49,246 bases of DNA from Actinomycetota bacterium (GCA_046082485.1 JBJTXX010000467.1:1-49246); one strand, 5' to 3'. Numbered from the stretch's first letter, positions 26,976 through 35,264 are shown. Notes: a model not told the origin generated them from the sequence alone. A program made the numbers and translations.

Positions 26976-28430
26976 ATGGAATTCGTCACCACACCGCTCG
27001 ATGCCATCGGGCCCCTCGTGCAGGGTGCCCGCGACTCGTACGACCGAGGCACCACGAAGCCCGCCGAATGGCGGGTCGCCACGCTCCGCCGGATGAAGCA
27101 ACTGCTGGTCGAGCGCGAAGAGCGTCTGCTCGCCGCGCTGGCCGCCGACTTCGGCAAGCCCCGCGCCGAGGCCTGGCTCACCGAGATCGGTTTCGCCATC
27201 AGCGACATCGACCACACCCTCGCCCACCTGCCGCTGTGGATGAAGCCCGAGAAGGTGGCCACACCCGTCGCGTTCAAGCCCGGCACGTCGTACGTCGTGC
27301 CCGAACCGGTCGGTGTCACCTGCGTGATCGCGCCGTGGAACTACCCGGTGCAGTTGCTGATCGTGCCGATGGTCGCGGCGATCGCGGCCGGCAACGCCGT
27401 GGTGGGCAAGCCCAGCGAACTGGCGCCGGCCACCGCTGCCGAACTGATCGACCTCATCGGCGCACTCGGCGACACGGCGGTCGTGGCCGTGCAGGGAGGC
27501 GTGGCCGAGACCACCGAACTGCTGGCCCAGCGGTTCGACCACATCCTCTACACCGGCAACAGCCGCGTGGCCCGCATCGTGATGCGCGCCGCCGCCGAGA
27601 ATCTCACGCCGGTCACCCTCGAACTCGGCGGCAAGAGCCCGGCCATCGTCAGCCGCAACGCGAACGTCGACGTGGCCGCGAAGCGCATCGCCTGGGGCAA
27701 GTTCGTGAACGCCGGCCAGACCTGCATCGCCCCGGACTACGTGCTGGTCGAACGGTCCGTGCACGACCAGTTGGTGCAGGCGATGGGCCGCCACGTCACG
27801 TCGTTCTACGGCGATGACCCGAAGGCGAGCGCCGACTACACGCGCATCGTGAACGCCCCGCACTTCCACCGGCTCGAGAAGTTGCTCGACAGCGGCACGG
27901 TGGCCTTCGGGGGCGACACCGACCCCGACACCCGCTACATCTCACCCACGGTGCTCACCGGCGTGTCGAAGGACGACCCGGTCATGGCCGAGGAGATCTT
28001 CGGCCCGATCCTGCCGGTGATCGCCGTCGACTCGATCGACGAGGCGCTCGCCTTCGTGAACGAGACCGCCGCCAAGGGCGACAAGCCCCTGGCCCTCTAC
28101 ACGTTCAGCGAGAGCGACGACGAGAACGACCGGGTGCTGGCCGGGGCCACCAGTGGCGGGGCCTGCGTGAACGGCACCCTCATGCACGTCAGCAACCCGC
28201 ACCTGCCCTTCGGTGGCGTGGGCGAGAGCGGCATGGGCGCCTATCACGGCAAGTTCGGCTTCGACGCGTTCAGCCACCACCGCGCCGTGCACAGCCGCAC
28301 CACGAAGATCGACCCTGCGCTGATGTACCCGCCGTACACGGCGAAGAAGGAGAAGGTGCTGCGCAAGGGCATGGGCATGCCCGACCCGCGAGACGTGGTC
28401 GCGAAGGCGCGCGGCCTGCTGCGACGCTGA
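26976..28430 (+). CDS. Aldehyde dehydrogenase family protein (class 3-like)
   Basis: Contains PWNYPVQL, ELGGKSPAIV, the catalytic Cys block NAGQTCIAPDY, and EEIFGPILPV. Confidence 0.9.
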   Translation: MEFVTTPLDAIGPLVQGARDSYDRGTTKPAEWRVATLRRMKQLLVEREERLLAALAADFGKPRAEAWLTEIGFAISDIDHTLAHLPLWMKPEKVATPVAFKPGTSYVVPEPVGVTCVIAPWNYPVQLLIVPMVAAIAAGNAVVGKPSELAPATAAELIDLIGALGDTAVVAVQGGVAETTELLAQRFDHILYTGNSRVARIVMRAAAENLTPVTLELGGKSPAIVSRNANVDVAAKRIAWGKFVNAGQTCIAPDYVLVERSVHDQLVQAMGRHVTSFYGDDPKASADYTRIVNAPHFHRLEKLLDSGTVAFGGDTDPDTRYISPTVLTGVSKDDPVMAEEIFGPILPVIAVDSIDEALAFVNETAAKGDKPLALYTFSESDDENDRVLAGATSGGACVNGTLMHVSNPHLPFGGVGESGMGAYHGKFGFDAFSHHRAVHSRTTKIDPALMYPPYTAKKEKVLRKGMGMPDPRDVVAKARGLLRR

Positions 28431-28439
28431 CCCGAACGG

Positions 28440-29018
28440 TCAGTCGTTGATCATCATCAGCACGTGCGACGACAACACGTCGATGCCCGTGCCCTTGGCG
28501 GCGCTGACCCAGATGACGTCGCCCGGGTCCAGCCCGGCGGCCTTCGCCAGTTCTCGCTTGCGCGTTCCCAGTTTGCTGGGTTTCACCTTGTCGAGCTTGG
28601 TGGCGACCACGGTGTGCGGCACTCCGTTGGCGCGCAGCCATTCCAGCATCTGCACATCGAGCTTGGTGGGGCCGATCTCACCGTCGACCAGCACGAACAC
28701 CAACTCCAGACCCTCGCGCTGCAGCAGGTAGCCCTCGATCATCGCCTGCCAGCTCGAGCGCTCGCGCTCGGGCACCTTGGCGTACCCGTAGCCGGGCAGG
28801 TCGACCACGGAGGCACCGTTCGGTAGGGCGAACATGTTCAACAACTGGGTGCGACCGGGGGTGTTCGACACCTTCGCCAGCTGTCTGCGGTTGGCGAGCG
28901 CGTTGATGAGCGACGACTTTCCGACGTTGCTGCGGCCGACGAACGCGACCTCGGCGGGAGTCTCGGGCAGGTCGGTGTGCCGCTTGGCCGACGTCACGAA
29001 GTTGAGCGCAAGGGGCAT
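28440..29018 (-). CDS. engB: Ribosome biogenesis GTP-binding protein YihA/EngB
   Basis: Start at ATG 29018 (MPLALNF). G1 is GRSNVGKSSLINAL, followed by NTPGRTQ, DLPGYGYA and G4 TKLDK. Confidence 0.9.
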   Translation of the reverse strand: MPLALNFVTSAKRHTDLPETPAEVAFVGRSNVGKSSLINALANRRQLAKVSNTPGRTQLLNMFALPNGASVVDLPGYGYAKVPERERSSWQAMIEGYLLQREGLELVFVLVDGEIGPTKLDVQMLEWLRANGVPHTVVATKLDKVKPSKLGTRKRELAKAAGLDPGDVIWVSAAKGTGIDVLSSHVLMMIND

Positions 29019-29059
29019 GACGTCCACCGTACCGCCGCCGCGCCTGCGCGGGTCGTTGC

Positions 29060-29827
29060 TCAGCGCACCAGCACCGCGTCGAACTCGGCAGTCGTGTACA
29101 CCTCGTCGTCGCGGGTGATCACGCAACCGCCGTAGCCCCGGTGCCGCTGCAACCACTCGAGCCCCGGCAGTCCCATGACGTAGAGGGTGGTGGCGTAGGC
29201 ATCGGCGTCGGCCAGCGACGGGCCGACCACCGTCACGCTCGCGAGGTCGGTCACCGGGCGGCCGTCACGGGGGTCGATGATGTGGGCCCCCCGTTCGTAA
29301 CTGCCCGAGGTGGCCACTGCCAGTGGCCCCTCTGCGCGCAGCACCATCGCCAGCCGCTGGGGGTCGTCGGGGTGCCGGATGCCGAGACTCCGAGGTCCGC
29401 CGTCGTGGTTCCGGCCCGCCAGCACGATGTCGCCGCCCGCGTTGAGGCAGAAATGATGACAGCCCTGCTGCTCCAGCAGGTACGCAGCGCGCTCGACACT
29501 CCAACCCTTCACGTACCCGCACGGGTCGAATCGGGTGCCGTTCGGCGAGGGCAGGTTCCAGACGTCGAAGACCCCCTCGGTCGCTGCGACCAGCTGTTCG
29601 CAGCGGTGCAGCACCTCGAGCACGTCACCCGACAGTTCCGGCGCCGAGGGGCCGATCTCGCCACGACCGATGCGGCTGACGATGCTGTCCGGCTTGTAGG
29701 GGCTGAACACCTCGTCGACATGGTGGAACCAGCGGACGAGACGGTCGACCACGCTCAGGTCGTGCGAATCGACCACGTCAATGCTGACGGTGGTGCCCAT
29801 CACCGCCTCGACGTGGTGCAGCGCCAT
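29060..29827 (-). CDS. apbE: FAD:protein FMN transferase (ApbE family)
   Basis: Starts MALHHVEAVMGTTVSI. Contains DPCGYVKGW, GGDI, ATSGSYER and ADADAYATTL. The start lies 1 nt after the FMN-binding gene stop. Confidence 0.85.
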   Translation of the reverse strand: MALHHVEAVMGTTVSIDVVDSHDLSVVDRLVRWFHHVDEVFSPYKPDSIVSRIGRGEIGPSAPELSGDVLEVLHRCEQLVAATEGVFDVWNLPSPNGTRFDPCGYVKGWSVERAAYLLEQQGCHHFCLNAGGDIVLAGRNHDGGPRSLGIRHPDDPQRLAMVLRAEGPLAVATSGSYERGAHIIDPRDGRPVTDLASVTVVGPSLADADAYATTLYVMGLPGLEWLQRHRGYGGCVITRDDEVYTTAEFDAVLVR

Positions 29828-29828
29828 C

Positions 29829-30614
29829 TCAGCCGGTGATGCCCGAGGCTGCCTTCGCCGCGTCGATCGCCGACTGCAACGAGGCAACGTAGCTGCGCGA
29901 GGTGTAGGTGGCGCCGGAGATGCCGGCAATGCCCGTGCCCTGCGCCGACAGCGCCTGGTCGACGAGGCGCGGCAGCGAGTACTGGCTGATCCGCAGGCTA
30001 CGCCGGTCGCCGTCGGGGTATCGCAGGACCTGCACGTCGACCAACTGCCCGCCGCTGTACACGGCCTGCACCTGCACGGTGCCCCAGCGGTTGCGTGATC
30101 CCTGGCCCGGGTAGGTGCCGTCGGCGATACCGGCCGACGCCGGAGTCTGGGTGACGGGGGCGGCCGTGACCGGAGCCGTCGTCGCGGCCGGCTGCACGGT
30201 GGTGATGATGGGGGTGGTGACAGCCGTCTGGTTCGACACCACCGTGGCGGTCACCGGGCTCGGCGCAGGCGTCAGGACCGGTGCCAGGGTGCCACTGGTG
30301 AGCACCACGGAATCCGATGACGTGTCCTGCTGCGAGAACAGCGCCGCCATCGCACCGGTCGAGACCACGCTGACGGCAAGTGCCGTCGCCTTGGCCTTGC
30401 GGGCTGGCTTGGCCCGGCGGCCGGTGCGGGGGGTTGCACCGGCTGCCTTGGGTCCGGCCGCGCTCGCTGCCTTGCCCGGTGCCGTCCCCGCCGGGCGGGG
30501 TAGCGCCGAAGGGGGAGGCAGCGGCTGGCCCTGCCGGCGGCTCAGCGCCTCGAGACGCTTCGCGACGAGCGGGTCGATCGGGGTGGGGCGGTTGGGGATT
30601 TCCTTCGGCGACAT
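29829..30614 (-). CDS. Membrane-anchored FMN-binding domain protein (covalent flavinylation substrate candidate)
   Basis: ATG at 30614 is preceded by AGAGGAA. There is a Pro/Ala/Lys-rich N-terminus, the TM ALAVSVVSTGAMAALF and a Thr/Pro/Val linker. The C-terminal FMN_bind-like domain ends in GIAGISGATYTSRSY, which carries the SGAT flavinylation core. Confidence 0.75.
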   Translation of the reverse strand: MSPKEIPNRPTPIDPLVAKRLEALSRRQGQPLPPPSALPRPAGTAPGKAASAAGPKAAGATPRTGRRAKPARKAKATALAVSVVSTGAMAALFSQQDTSSDSVVLTSGTLAPVLTPAPSPVTATVVSNQTAVTTPIITTVQPAATTAPVTAAPVTQTPASAGIADGTYPGQGSRNRWGTVQVQAVYSGGQLVDVQVLRYPDGDRRSLRISQYSLPRLVDQALSAQGTGIAGISGATYTSRSYVASLQSAIDAAKAASGITG

Positions 30615-30627
30615 GGGGTTCCTCTGT

Positions 30628-31170
30628 TCAGGCGACCGCACGACGGGCCTGGGCGACGCCGATCAGGCGAACGGTGACAGGGTAGATGCAGGCGCCGACG
30701 AGCACGGCGAAGGCGCGGGAGAAGATCGTCGAGCCGCTGTCGGTGCCCGACTGGTAGGCGTGCACCGCGGTGAGTACCACGGCGGGAATCGAGAGGAGGT
30801 GCACCGCATGCCAGGCCTTGCGCGGCAGCCGACGGCGCACCCGGGCCACCGACGGCAGCACCACGACCAGGAACATCCAGAAGGCCAGCACGCCCCACCC
30901 GATGCTCCAGCCGACCGAGCCGCTCGGCACGAACAGGTCGACGAACCCGATGCCGGTCTCGGTGTCGAGGAACGACACGACCATGTGCAGCGCCACGAAC
31001 GCGAGGGTCAGACCGCCGAGCCAGTTGTGCAGGGCCAGCCACCAGTTCGGCTTCAGTCGGTTGCCCGTGTTGCGGGCGGAGAAGAACAGCCCCCACACCA
31101 GCGACGCCACGGAGAGCACCGCCGCAACGATGCCGGTCGACCGGGTCAGGGGGTACCACCACGAACTCAC
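30628..31170 (-). CDS. Ferric reductase-like transmembrane (di-heme b, MsrQ/YedZ-like) protein
   Basis: 180 aa with about 5-6 TM. It has spaced membrane His residues (LALHNWLGG, FVALHMVV, AWHAVHLL, TAVHAY). It sits directly upstream of the FMN-binding and ApbE genes. Confidence 0.65.
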   Translation of the reverse strand: MSSWWYPLTRSTGIVAAVLSVASLVWGLFFSARNTGNRLKPNWWLALHNWLGGLTLAFVALHMVVSFLDTETGIGFVDLFVPSGSVGWSIGWGVLAFWMFLVVVLPSVARVRRRLPRKAWHAVHLLSIPAVVLTAVHAYQSGTDSGSTIFSRAFAVLVGACIYPVTVRLIGVAQARRAVA

Positions 31171-31194
31171 GGCACGAATCCTGACGGGCCTCGT

Positions 31195-33414
31195 CTAGGG
31201 CCGGTTCGCGGGAAGGTGAAAGTTGCGTGAGAGCAATTCCTCGGCCGCGACCTCGATCTCGGCCTCGCTGAGCAGCACCAGCTTCGCTGCATCACCCAAC
31301 GGGATGAAGCTGTCCTTGCTGGTCACGCGGGCGAGGTGGCCGATGTAGCCGGCATCGACCAGCTCGGCCACGATGCCCTCCCCCACTCCGCCCGACCGGC
31401 GGGTCTCGTCGACCACCAGCGTGCAGCAGGTGGCGTTCGCCTCGCGGACGATGTCGTCGACCGGCAGCGGGCACACCCACCTCAGGTCCACCACCCGCAC
31501 CCCCACTCCGCGCTGCGCAAGGCGGTGCGCCACGCGCAGCGACATGAACAGGCCGTTGCCGAAGGTGAGGATGGTGAGGTCGTTGCCGTCGCCGTGGGTG
31601 CGTGCCCGGCCGATGGGCACGTGCACCACGGGGTCGGCGGCGGCCAGCCACTGCTGGTCACCACGCTCGTGCAGGTCGGCGGTGTGGTAGCGGGCGATGG
31701 GCTCCACCATCACGCCGACGGTTCCATCGACCCTGGCCGCAGCGACCAGCGTGCGCAGCATGCCGGCTGCGTCGTCGGGAAGGGCGGGCACCCCCACGAC
31801 CACGCCGGGGATGTCGCGCAGCACGGTCAGCGAGTCGTCGTTGTGGAAGTGACCTCCGAAGCCCTCCTGGTAACCGAGACCGGCGATGCGCACCACCATG
31901 CCGTTGCGGTACTGCCCGTTCGAGAAGAACTGCAGCGTCGCGGCCTCACCGCGCAACTGGTCCTCCGCGTTGTGCAGGTAGGCGAGGTACTCGATCTCAG
32001 CAATGGGCAGCAGACCGCTGACCGCGGCCCCAAGGGCGACACCAAGGATCGACGTCTCGTCGAGGAGCGTGTCGAACACCCGGGCCGCGCCGACCTGGGC
32101 CAGCAGTCCCTTCGTCACGCCGTAGACACCACCCTTGGCAGCCACGTCCTCGCCGAACAGCAGCACGTCGGTCTGCTCACGCAGCAGGTCTCCGAGCGTG
32201 CCGTTGATCGCCTGGGCGAGCGTCAGGCGCGGGGCATCCTCGGCGGCCGGTGCCGCAGCCGTCGTGGCCGCTCGTTCGACGGCATCCGGTTGCCGCGGGG
32301 CCAGCGGGGCCATCACCTGGGCGGCCGTCGCCAACTGTGGACGTTCGGCCACCTCCTCTGCAGTGGAATGGACGAGGTCGCGGAGTTCGTCGTGACGGGC
32401 GAGCAGGTCATCGAGCGACACACCGTGGTCGAGCAGGCGAGCCGCCGTCGCCGTGATCGGGTCGAGCGCGGCCTCGGCGCGGATCTCGGCAGCCGAACGG
32501 TAGGCGGCCTCCATGTCGGTGCCCGCGTGGCCGCCGTAGCGCACCGTCCGCAGGTGCAGGAATGCCGGTCGACCGGTGGTGCGCACCCAGTCGCCCAGTT
32601 CGCGGCTCAGAGCCAGCACCGCATCGGGCTCGGTGCCGTCGACGCGCTCGTAGCGCAGGTGCGGGCGGCTGCCGTACGCGGACTCCACCCAACCCTGCGG
32701 GGTGCGCACGCTGATGCCCAGGCCGTTGTCCTCACAGAGGAACAGCAGCGGAAGGGGTAGGCGCTGATGGGCGCAGTGCAGGGCGGTGTTCACCGCGCCC
32801 GTCGCCACCGAGTGGTTCGCCGAGGCGTCACCGAACGAGCAGACGGCCAGGGCATCATCAGGCCACGGGGAGGCGACCCCCAACCGACGGGCCCTCCCGA
32901 TAGCGAACGCGACGCCCACCGCACGCGGAAGGTGCGACGCAATGGTCGAGGTCTGCGGGATGACGGCCAGGTCGTGACGGCCGAACACCTTGTGGCGGCC
33001 ACCGGCGATCGGCTCGTCGGCTGCCGCGACCACCCCGGCGAGGATGTCGCGAACACCCTCCACGCCGCTGCGGGCGAGATAGAAGCCACCGCTGCGGTAG
33101 TGCAGCAGGGCGGGGTCGGTCGGACGCAGGCCCATTGCAACGGCTGCGTTGCTCTCGTGCCCCGAGGAACCGATCGTGTAGTAGCCCTTGCCCCTGCCGC
33201 GCAGCCAGCGCGCAGCGAGGTCGGTGTGACGACTTGCGACCTGCACGTCGAACAGCGTGCGGAGGTCGTCTGGCGACACGACCGGCGCCGATCCCGCTGC
33301 ACGGCCACGGAGGGCCTCCAGCGAGTCGATCAACTGCCGCTCGAGCGGAGGACGGTCAGGTGCAGCCACCCGGGAAGTCTGCCAGACGACACCTGTGAGC
33401 GGACTTTGGGCCAC
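31195..33414 (-). CDS. Fused alpha-beta E1 component of a 2-oxoacid dehydrogenase (TPP-dependent)
   Basis: 739 aa. The N-terminal half has E1-alpha features (GSSGHESNAAVA, FGDASANHS). The C-terminal half has E1-beta/transketolase-like features (VFDTLLDETSILGVALGAA, and a pyrimidine-binding plus C-terminal domain). Confidence 0.8.
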   Translation of the reverse strand: MAQSPLTGVVWQTSRVAAPDRPPLERQLIDSLEALRGRAAGSAPVVSPDDLRTLFDVQVASRHTDLAARWLRGRGKGYYTIGSSGHESNAAVAMGLRPTDPALLHYRSGGFYLARSGVEGVRDILAGVVAAADEPIAGGRHKVFGRHDLAVIPQTSTIASHLPRAVGVAFAIGRARRLGVASPWPDDALAVCSFGDASANHSVATGAVNTALHCAHQRLPLPLLFLCEDNGLGISVRTPQGWVESAYGSRPHLRYERVDGTEPDAVLALSRELGDWVRTTGRPAFLHLRTVRYGGHAGTDMEAAYRSAAEIRAEAALDPITATAARLLDHGVSLDDLLARHDELRDLVHSTAEEVAERPQLATAAQVMAPLAPRQPDAVERAATTAAAPAAEDAPRLTLAQAINGTLGDLLREQTDVLLFGEDVAAKGGVYGVTKGLLAQVGAARVFDTLLDETSILGVALGAAVSGLLPIAEIEYLAYLHNAEDQLRGEAATLQFFSNGQYRNGMVVRIAGLGYQEGFGGHFHNDDSLTVLRDIPGVVVGVPALPDDAAGMLRTLVAAARVDGTVGVMVEPIARYHTADLHERGDQQWLAAADPVVHVPIGRARTHGDGNDLTILTFGNGLFMSLRVAHRLAQRGVGVRVVDLRWVCPLPVDDIVREANATCCTLVVDETRRSGGVGEGIVAELVDAGYIGHLARVTSKDSFIPLGDAAKLVLLSEAEIEVAAEELLSRNFHLPANRP

Positions 33415-33423
33415 CGGCCACGG

Positions 33424-33975
33424 TCACACGTCGATGCGGTAGCGCACCACGAGCGGGTCGGTGCTGCGCTGCACCACCGCCCGGTAGCGGTTCACGAGGG
33501 CGCGCATGCCGAGGTTCTCGCGCAACACGTCGGCGATGATGCGGTTCACCCCTCGCCGTCTCGCCAACGCCAGCAGCGCATCCATCAATCGACTACCCAC
33601 CCCCATGCCCTGATAGGCGTCGATCACGGTGATCGACAACTCGGGCGGGCCCTCGGGTCCGCTCATCCAGCGGGCGACGCCGATCGGCTTGCCCTCGGGG
33701 TGGTCGGGCAGCATCACGGCTGCGTCGAACGCCACGATCGCTGCATTGCGATGACCGTCCACCTCCGCCAGTTGCGCGCGAAGGCGCGGCGGGATCTCGC
33801 GGACAGCCGTGAAGAACCGGAGGTGCCGCGACTCCGCGGACAACTCCTGGAACCCCTCGTCGAAGTACCGCTCGAAATCGCCGGGTACCGCTTCGCGGGT
33901 CACGATGGCGGGCACGTGTTCGATGCCCTCCATGATGCCCCCCTCGGCGGCGGGGTCGGGTGCGACAGGCGCCAC
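33424..33975 (-). CDS. GNAT family N-acetyltransferase
   Basis: Has the acetyl-CoA block VIDAYQGMGVGSRLMDALLALARRRG. The start is uncertain: ATG at 33975 or the internal ATG at 33933. Confidence 0.7.
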   Translation of the reverse strand: MAPVAPDPAAEGGIMEGIEHVPAIVTREAVPGDFERYFDEGFQELSAESRHLRFFTAVREIPPRLRAQLAEVDGHRNAAIVAFDAAVMLPDHPEGKPIGVARWMSGPEGPPELSITVIDAYQGMGVGSRLMDALLALARRRGVNRIIADVLRENLGMRALVNRYRAVVQRSTDPLVVRYRIDV

Positions 33976-33988
33976 ACCCGCGTGGCGA

Positions 33989-34180
33989 CTACTTCTGCTC
34001 GGCCGAGCCGTCGTCGAGCTTCTCGACGAGGTCCTTCACCACGCCGGCGCCCTTCTCCACCTGAGCGTCGACGTCGTCCGAGGTCTTGCTCTGGATGAGG
34101 TCGGCAGCCTTGTCGACGCCCTCGGTGATCGTCTTCTTGTTGCCCTTGACCAGACCCTTGATCGTGTCGAGCAGACCCAT
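33989..34180 (-). CDS. Small MT0933/CsbD-like 'antitoxin-family' protein
   Basis: 63 aa, MGLLDTIKGLVKGNKKTITEGVDKAADLIQSKT... The ATG at 34180 is preceded by a GAGGGGGAAG SD. The amphipathic Lys/Asp-rich pattern fits the family. Confidence 0.6.
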   Translation of the reverse strand: MGLLDTIKGLVKGNKKTITEGVDKAADLIQSKTSDDVDAQVEKGAGVVKDLVEKLDDGSAEQK

Positions 34181-34267
34181 TGCACTTCCCCCTCTGGACC
34201 AGCGGCCGCGCCGCCGTGCGCGCAAAGTGTTGCACACCGCACGCAGCGAGGGAACCGGCGATGCCGC

Positions 34268-34299
34268 TGAAAAACACAACAGCGGCCGGAAGGCCGCTG
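34268..34299 (-). terminator. Intrinsic terminator after the tRNA operon
   Basis: On the minus strand the sequence is CAGCGGCC-TTCC-GGCCGCTG (8-bp stem, 4-nt loop) followed by TTGTGTTTTTC. It begins 1 nt after the tRNA-Phe CCA end. Confidence 0.65.
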
Positions 34300-34300
34300 C

Positions 34301-34376
34301 TGGTGGTCGAGACCGGCGTCGATCCGGTGACCCTACGCTTTTCAGGCGTATGCTCTGCCGACTGAGCTACTCGACC
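34301..34376 (-). tRNA. tRNA-Phe (anticodon GAA), CCA encoded
   Basis: The reverse complement is GGTCGAGTAGCTCAGTCGGCAGAGCATACGCCTGAAAAGCGTAGGGTCACCGGATCGACGCCGGTCTCGACCACCA. The acceptor stem is GGTCGAG/CTCGACC, the anticodon stem TACGC/GCGTA and the loop CTGAAAA. Confidence 0.95.
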
Positions 34377-34396
34377 CGAACGGGGTTGCCCCCGAG

Positions 34397-34470
34397 CGGT
34401 CCCGACGGGACTCGAACCCGCGACCTCCGGCTTGACAGGCCGGCGTGAACTCCAACTTCACCACGGGACC
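34397..34470 (-). tRNA. tRNA-Asp (anticodon GTC)
   Basis: The reverse complement is GGTCCCGTGGTGAAGTTGGAGTTCACGCCGGCCTGTCAAGCCGGAGGTCGCGGGTTCGAGTCCCGTCGGGACCG. The anticodon stem is CCGGC/GCCGG and the loop CTGTCAA. CCA is not encoded. Confidence 0.95.
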
Positions 34471-34507
34471 AGGCTGTTTCCAGGCTGATCTGAATTGCAC
34501 TTCCTTG

Positions 34508-34580
34508 CACCCCCAACGGGATTCGAACCCGTGTCGCCACCTTGAAAGGGTGGTGTCCTCGGCCACTAGACGATGGGGGC
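34508..34580 (-). tRNA. tRNA-Glu (anticodon TTC)
   Basis: The reverse complement is GCCCCCATCGTCTAGTGGCCGAGGACACCACCCTTTCAAGGTGGCGACACGGGTTCGAATCCCGTTGGGGGTG. The anticodon stem is CCACC/GGTGG and the loop CTTTCAA. CCA is not encoded. Confidence 0.95.
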
Positions 34581-34675
34581 CAGGCACCCTCCTGTTGAGA
34601 GCGTGGAAAACCTAGCACCGCAACTGCGGAATCCCACAGGCGATTCACGCAAACTTCGCCGGGTACGGTGCTGCC

Positions 34676-35104
34676 GTGCGACTCGACCTCGAACCCGGCC
34701 TGGTGGCCGACGATTACCCGTACCATCACCGTCTGCGGGTGCGATTCGCCGAGACCGACGCCATGGGCATCGTGCACCACAGTCGATACCTGCCGTATCT
34801 GGAGGAAGCCCGGGTCGAGTACCTGCGGCACCTCGGCCACCCGTACACCGAGATGCGGGCAGAGGGGGTCGACTACGCGGTGCTCGAGGCGTGGGTGCAG
34901 TACCGGTCGCCGCTGCGATTCGACGACGTCGTCGACGTGCACCTGCGACTCGGCTCAGCCACCCGTGCCAGCTTCCAGATGGCTTATCTGCTCACGGTCG
35001 ACGGCGAGGTGCGGGCGACGGCCGTCACGGTGCACGGCTGCGTGAACGCGCAGGGCCGCCCCGTGCGGATGCCCGCCTGGCTCAGCACTCTCGCCAACCC
35101 CTGA
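34676..35104 (+). CDS. Acyl-CoA thioesterase, 4HBT/YbgC-like hotdog fold
   Basis: GTG start, 142 aa. RVRFAETDAMGIVHHSRYLPYLEEARVEYLR is the YbgC-type catalytic Asp block. Confidence 0.85.
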   Translation: MRLDLEPGLVADDYPYHHRLRVRFAETDAMGIVHHSRYLPYLEEARVEYLRHLGHPYTEMRAEGVDYAVLEAWVQYRSPLRFDDVVDVHLRLGSATRASFQMAYLLTVDGEVRATAVTVHGCVNAQGRPVRMPAWLSTLANP

Positions 35105-35107
35105 CCC

Positions 35108-35139
35108 ACCCCGAACCCCCGAACCCCCGAACCCCCGAA
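35108..35139 (+). repeat. Tandem 8-nt C-rich repeat (CCCCCGAA x3 perfect plus one degenerate unit)
   Basis: Read directly: ACCCCGAA CCCCCGAA CCCCCGAA CCCCCGAA. It starts 4 nt after the thioesterase stop. Confidence 0.9.
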
Positions 35140-35188
35140 GGATGTCGCGCCCGTTTCGACGGTTCGCCATGAAAGGGGCGCGACATCC
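35140..35188. terminator. 13-bp perfect hairpin between convergent genes (putative bidirectional terminator)
   Basis: GGATGTCGCGCCC (35140-35152) pairs with GGGCGCGACATCC (35176-35188), leaving a 23-nt loop. There is no U-tract. Confidence 0.4.
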
Positions 35189-35195
35189 TCGCGAT

Positions 35196-35261
35196 GGGGT
35201 GGGGTGGGGAGTGCGGCGCCGGGGTCGCCGGGGCCGGGTCGACGGGGGCGGGGCGACGGGG
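35196..35261 (+). repeat. Dense G-run tract (G-quadruplex-forming potential)
   Basis: GGGGTGGGGTGGGG is followed by six more runs of 3-5 G within 66 nt. It ends 3 nt before the stop codon of the minus-strand DUF2017-like gene. Confidence 0.6.
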
Positions 35262-35264
35262 TGA

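Noticed and set aside
34181-34675. tRNA cluster considered as an integration hotspot or genomic-island boundary.
   Set aside because: I recognised no integrase, transposase, phage gene or direct repeat of a tRNA 3' end in the window. The flanking genes look like ordinary core metabolism.
34581-34675. Promoter for the tRNA Glu-Asp-Phe operon and a CCGCAACTGCGG palindrome at about 34619-34630.
   Set aside because: I could not place a convincing -35/-10 pair at proper spacing. The only TAnnnT candidate lacks a matching -35. The palindrome has only 5-bp arms.
35108-35139. Tandem octamer repeat, considered as a CRISPR or minisatellite array.
   Set aside because: The units are 8 nt with no spacers, and there are only about 4 copies. 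This is not CRISPR-like, so I report it as a simple tandem repeat instead.
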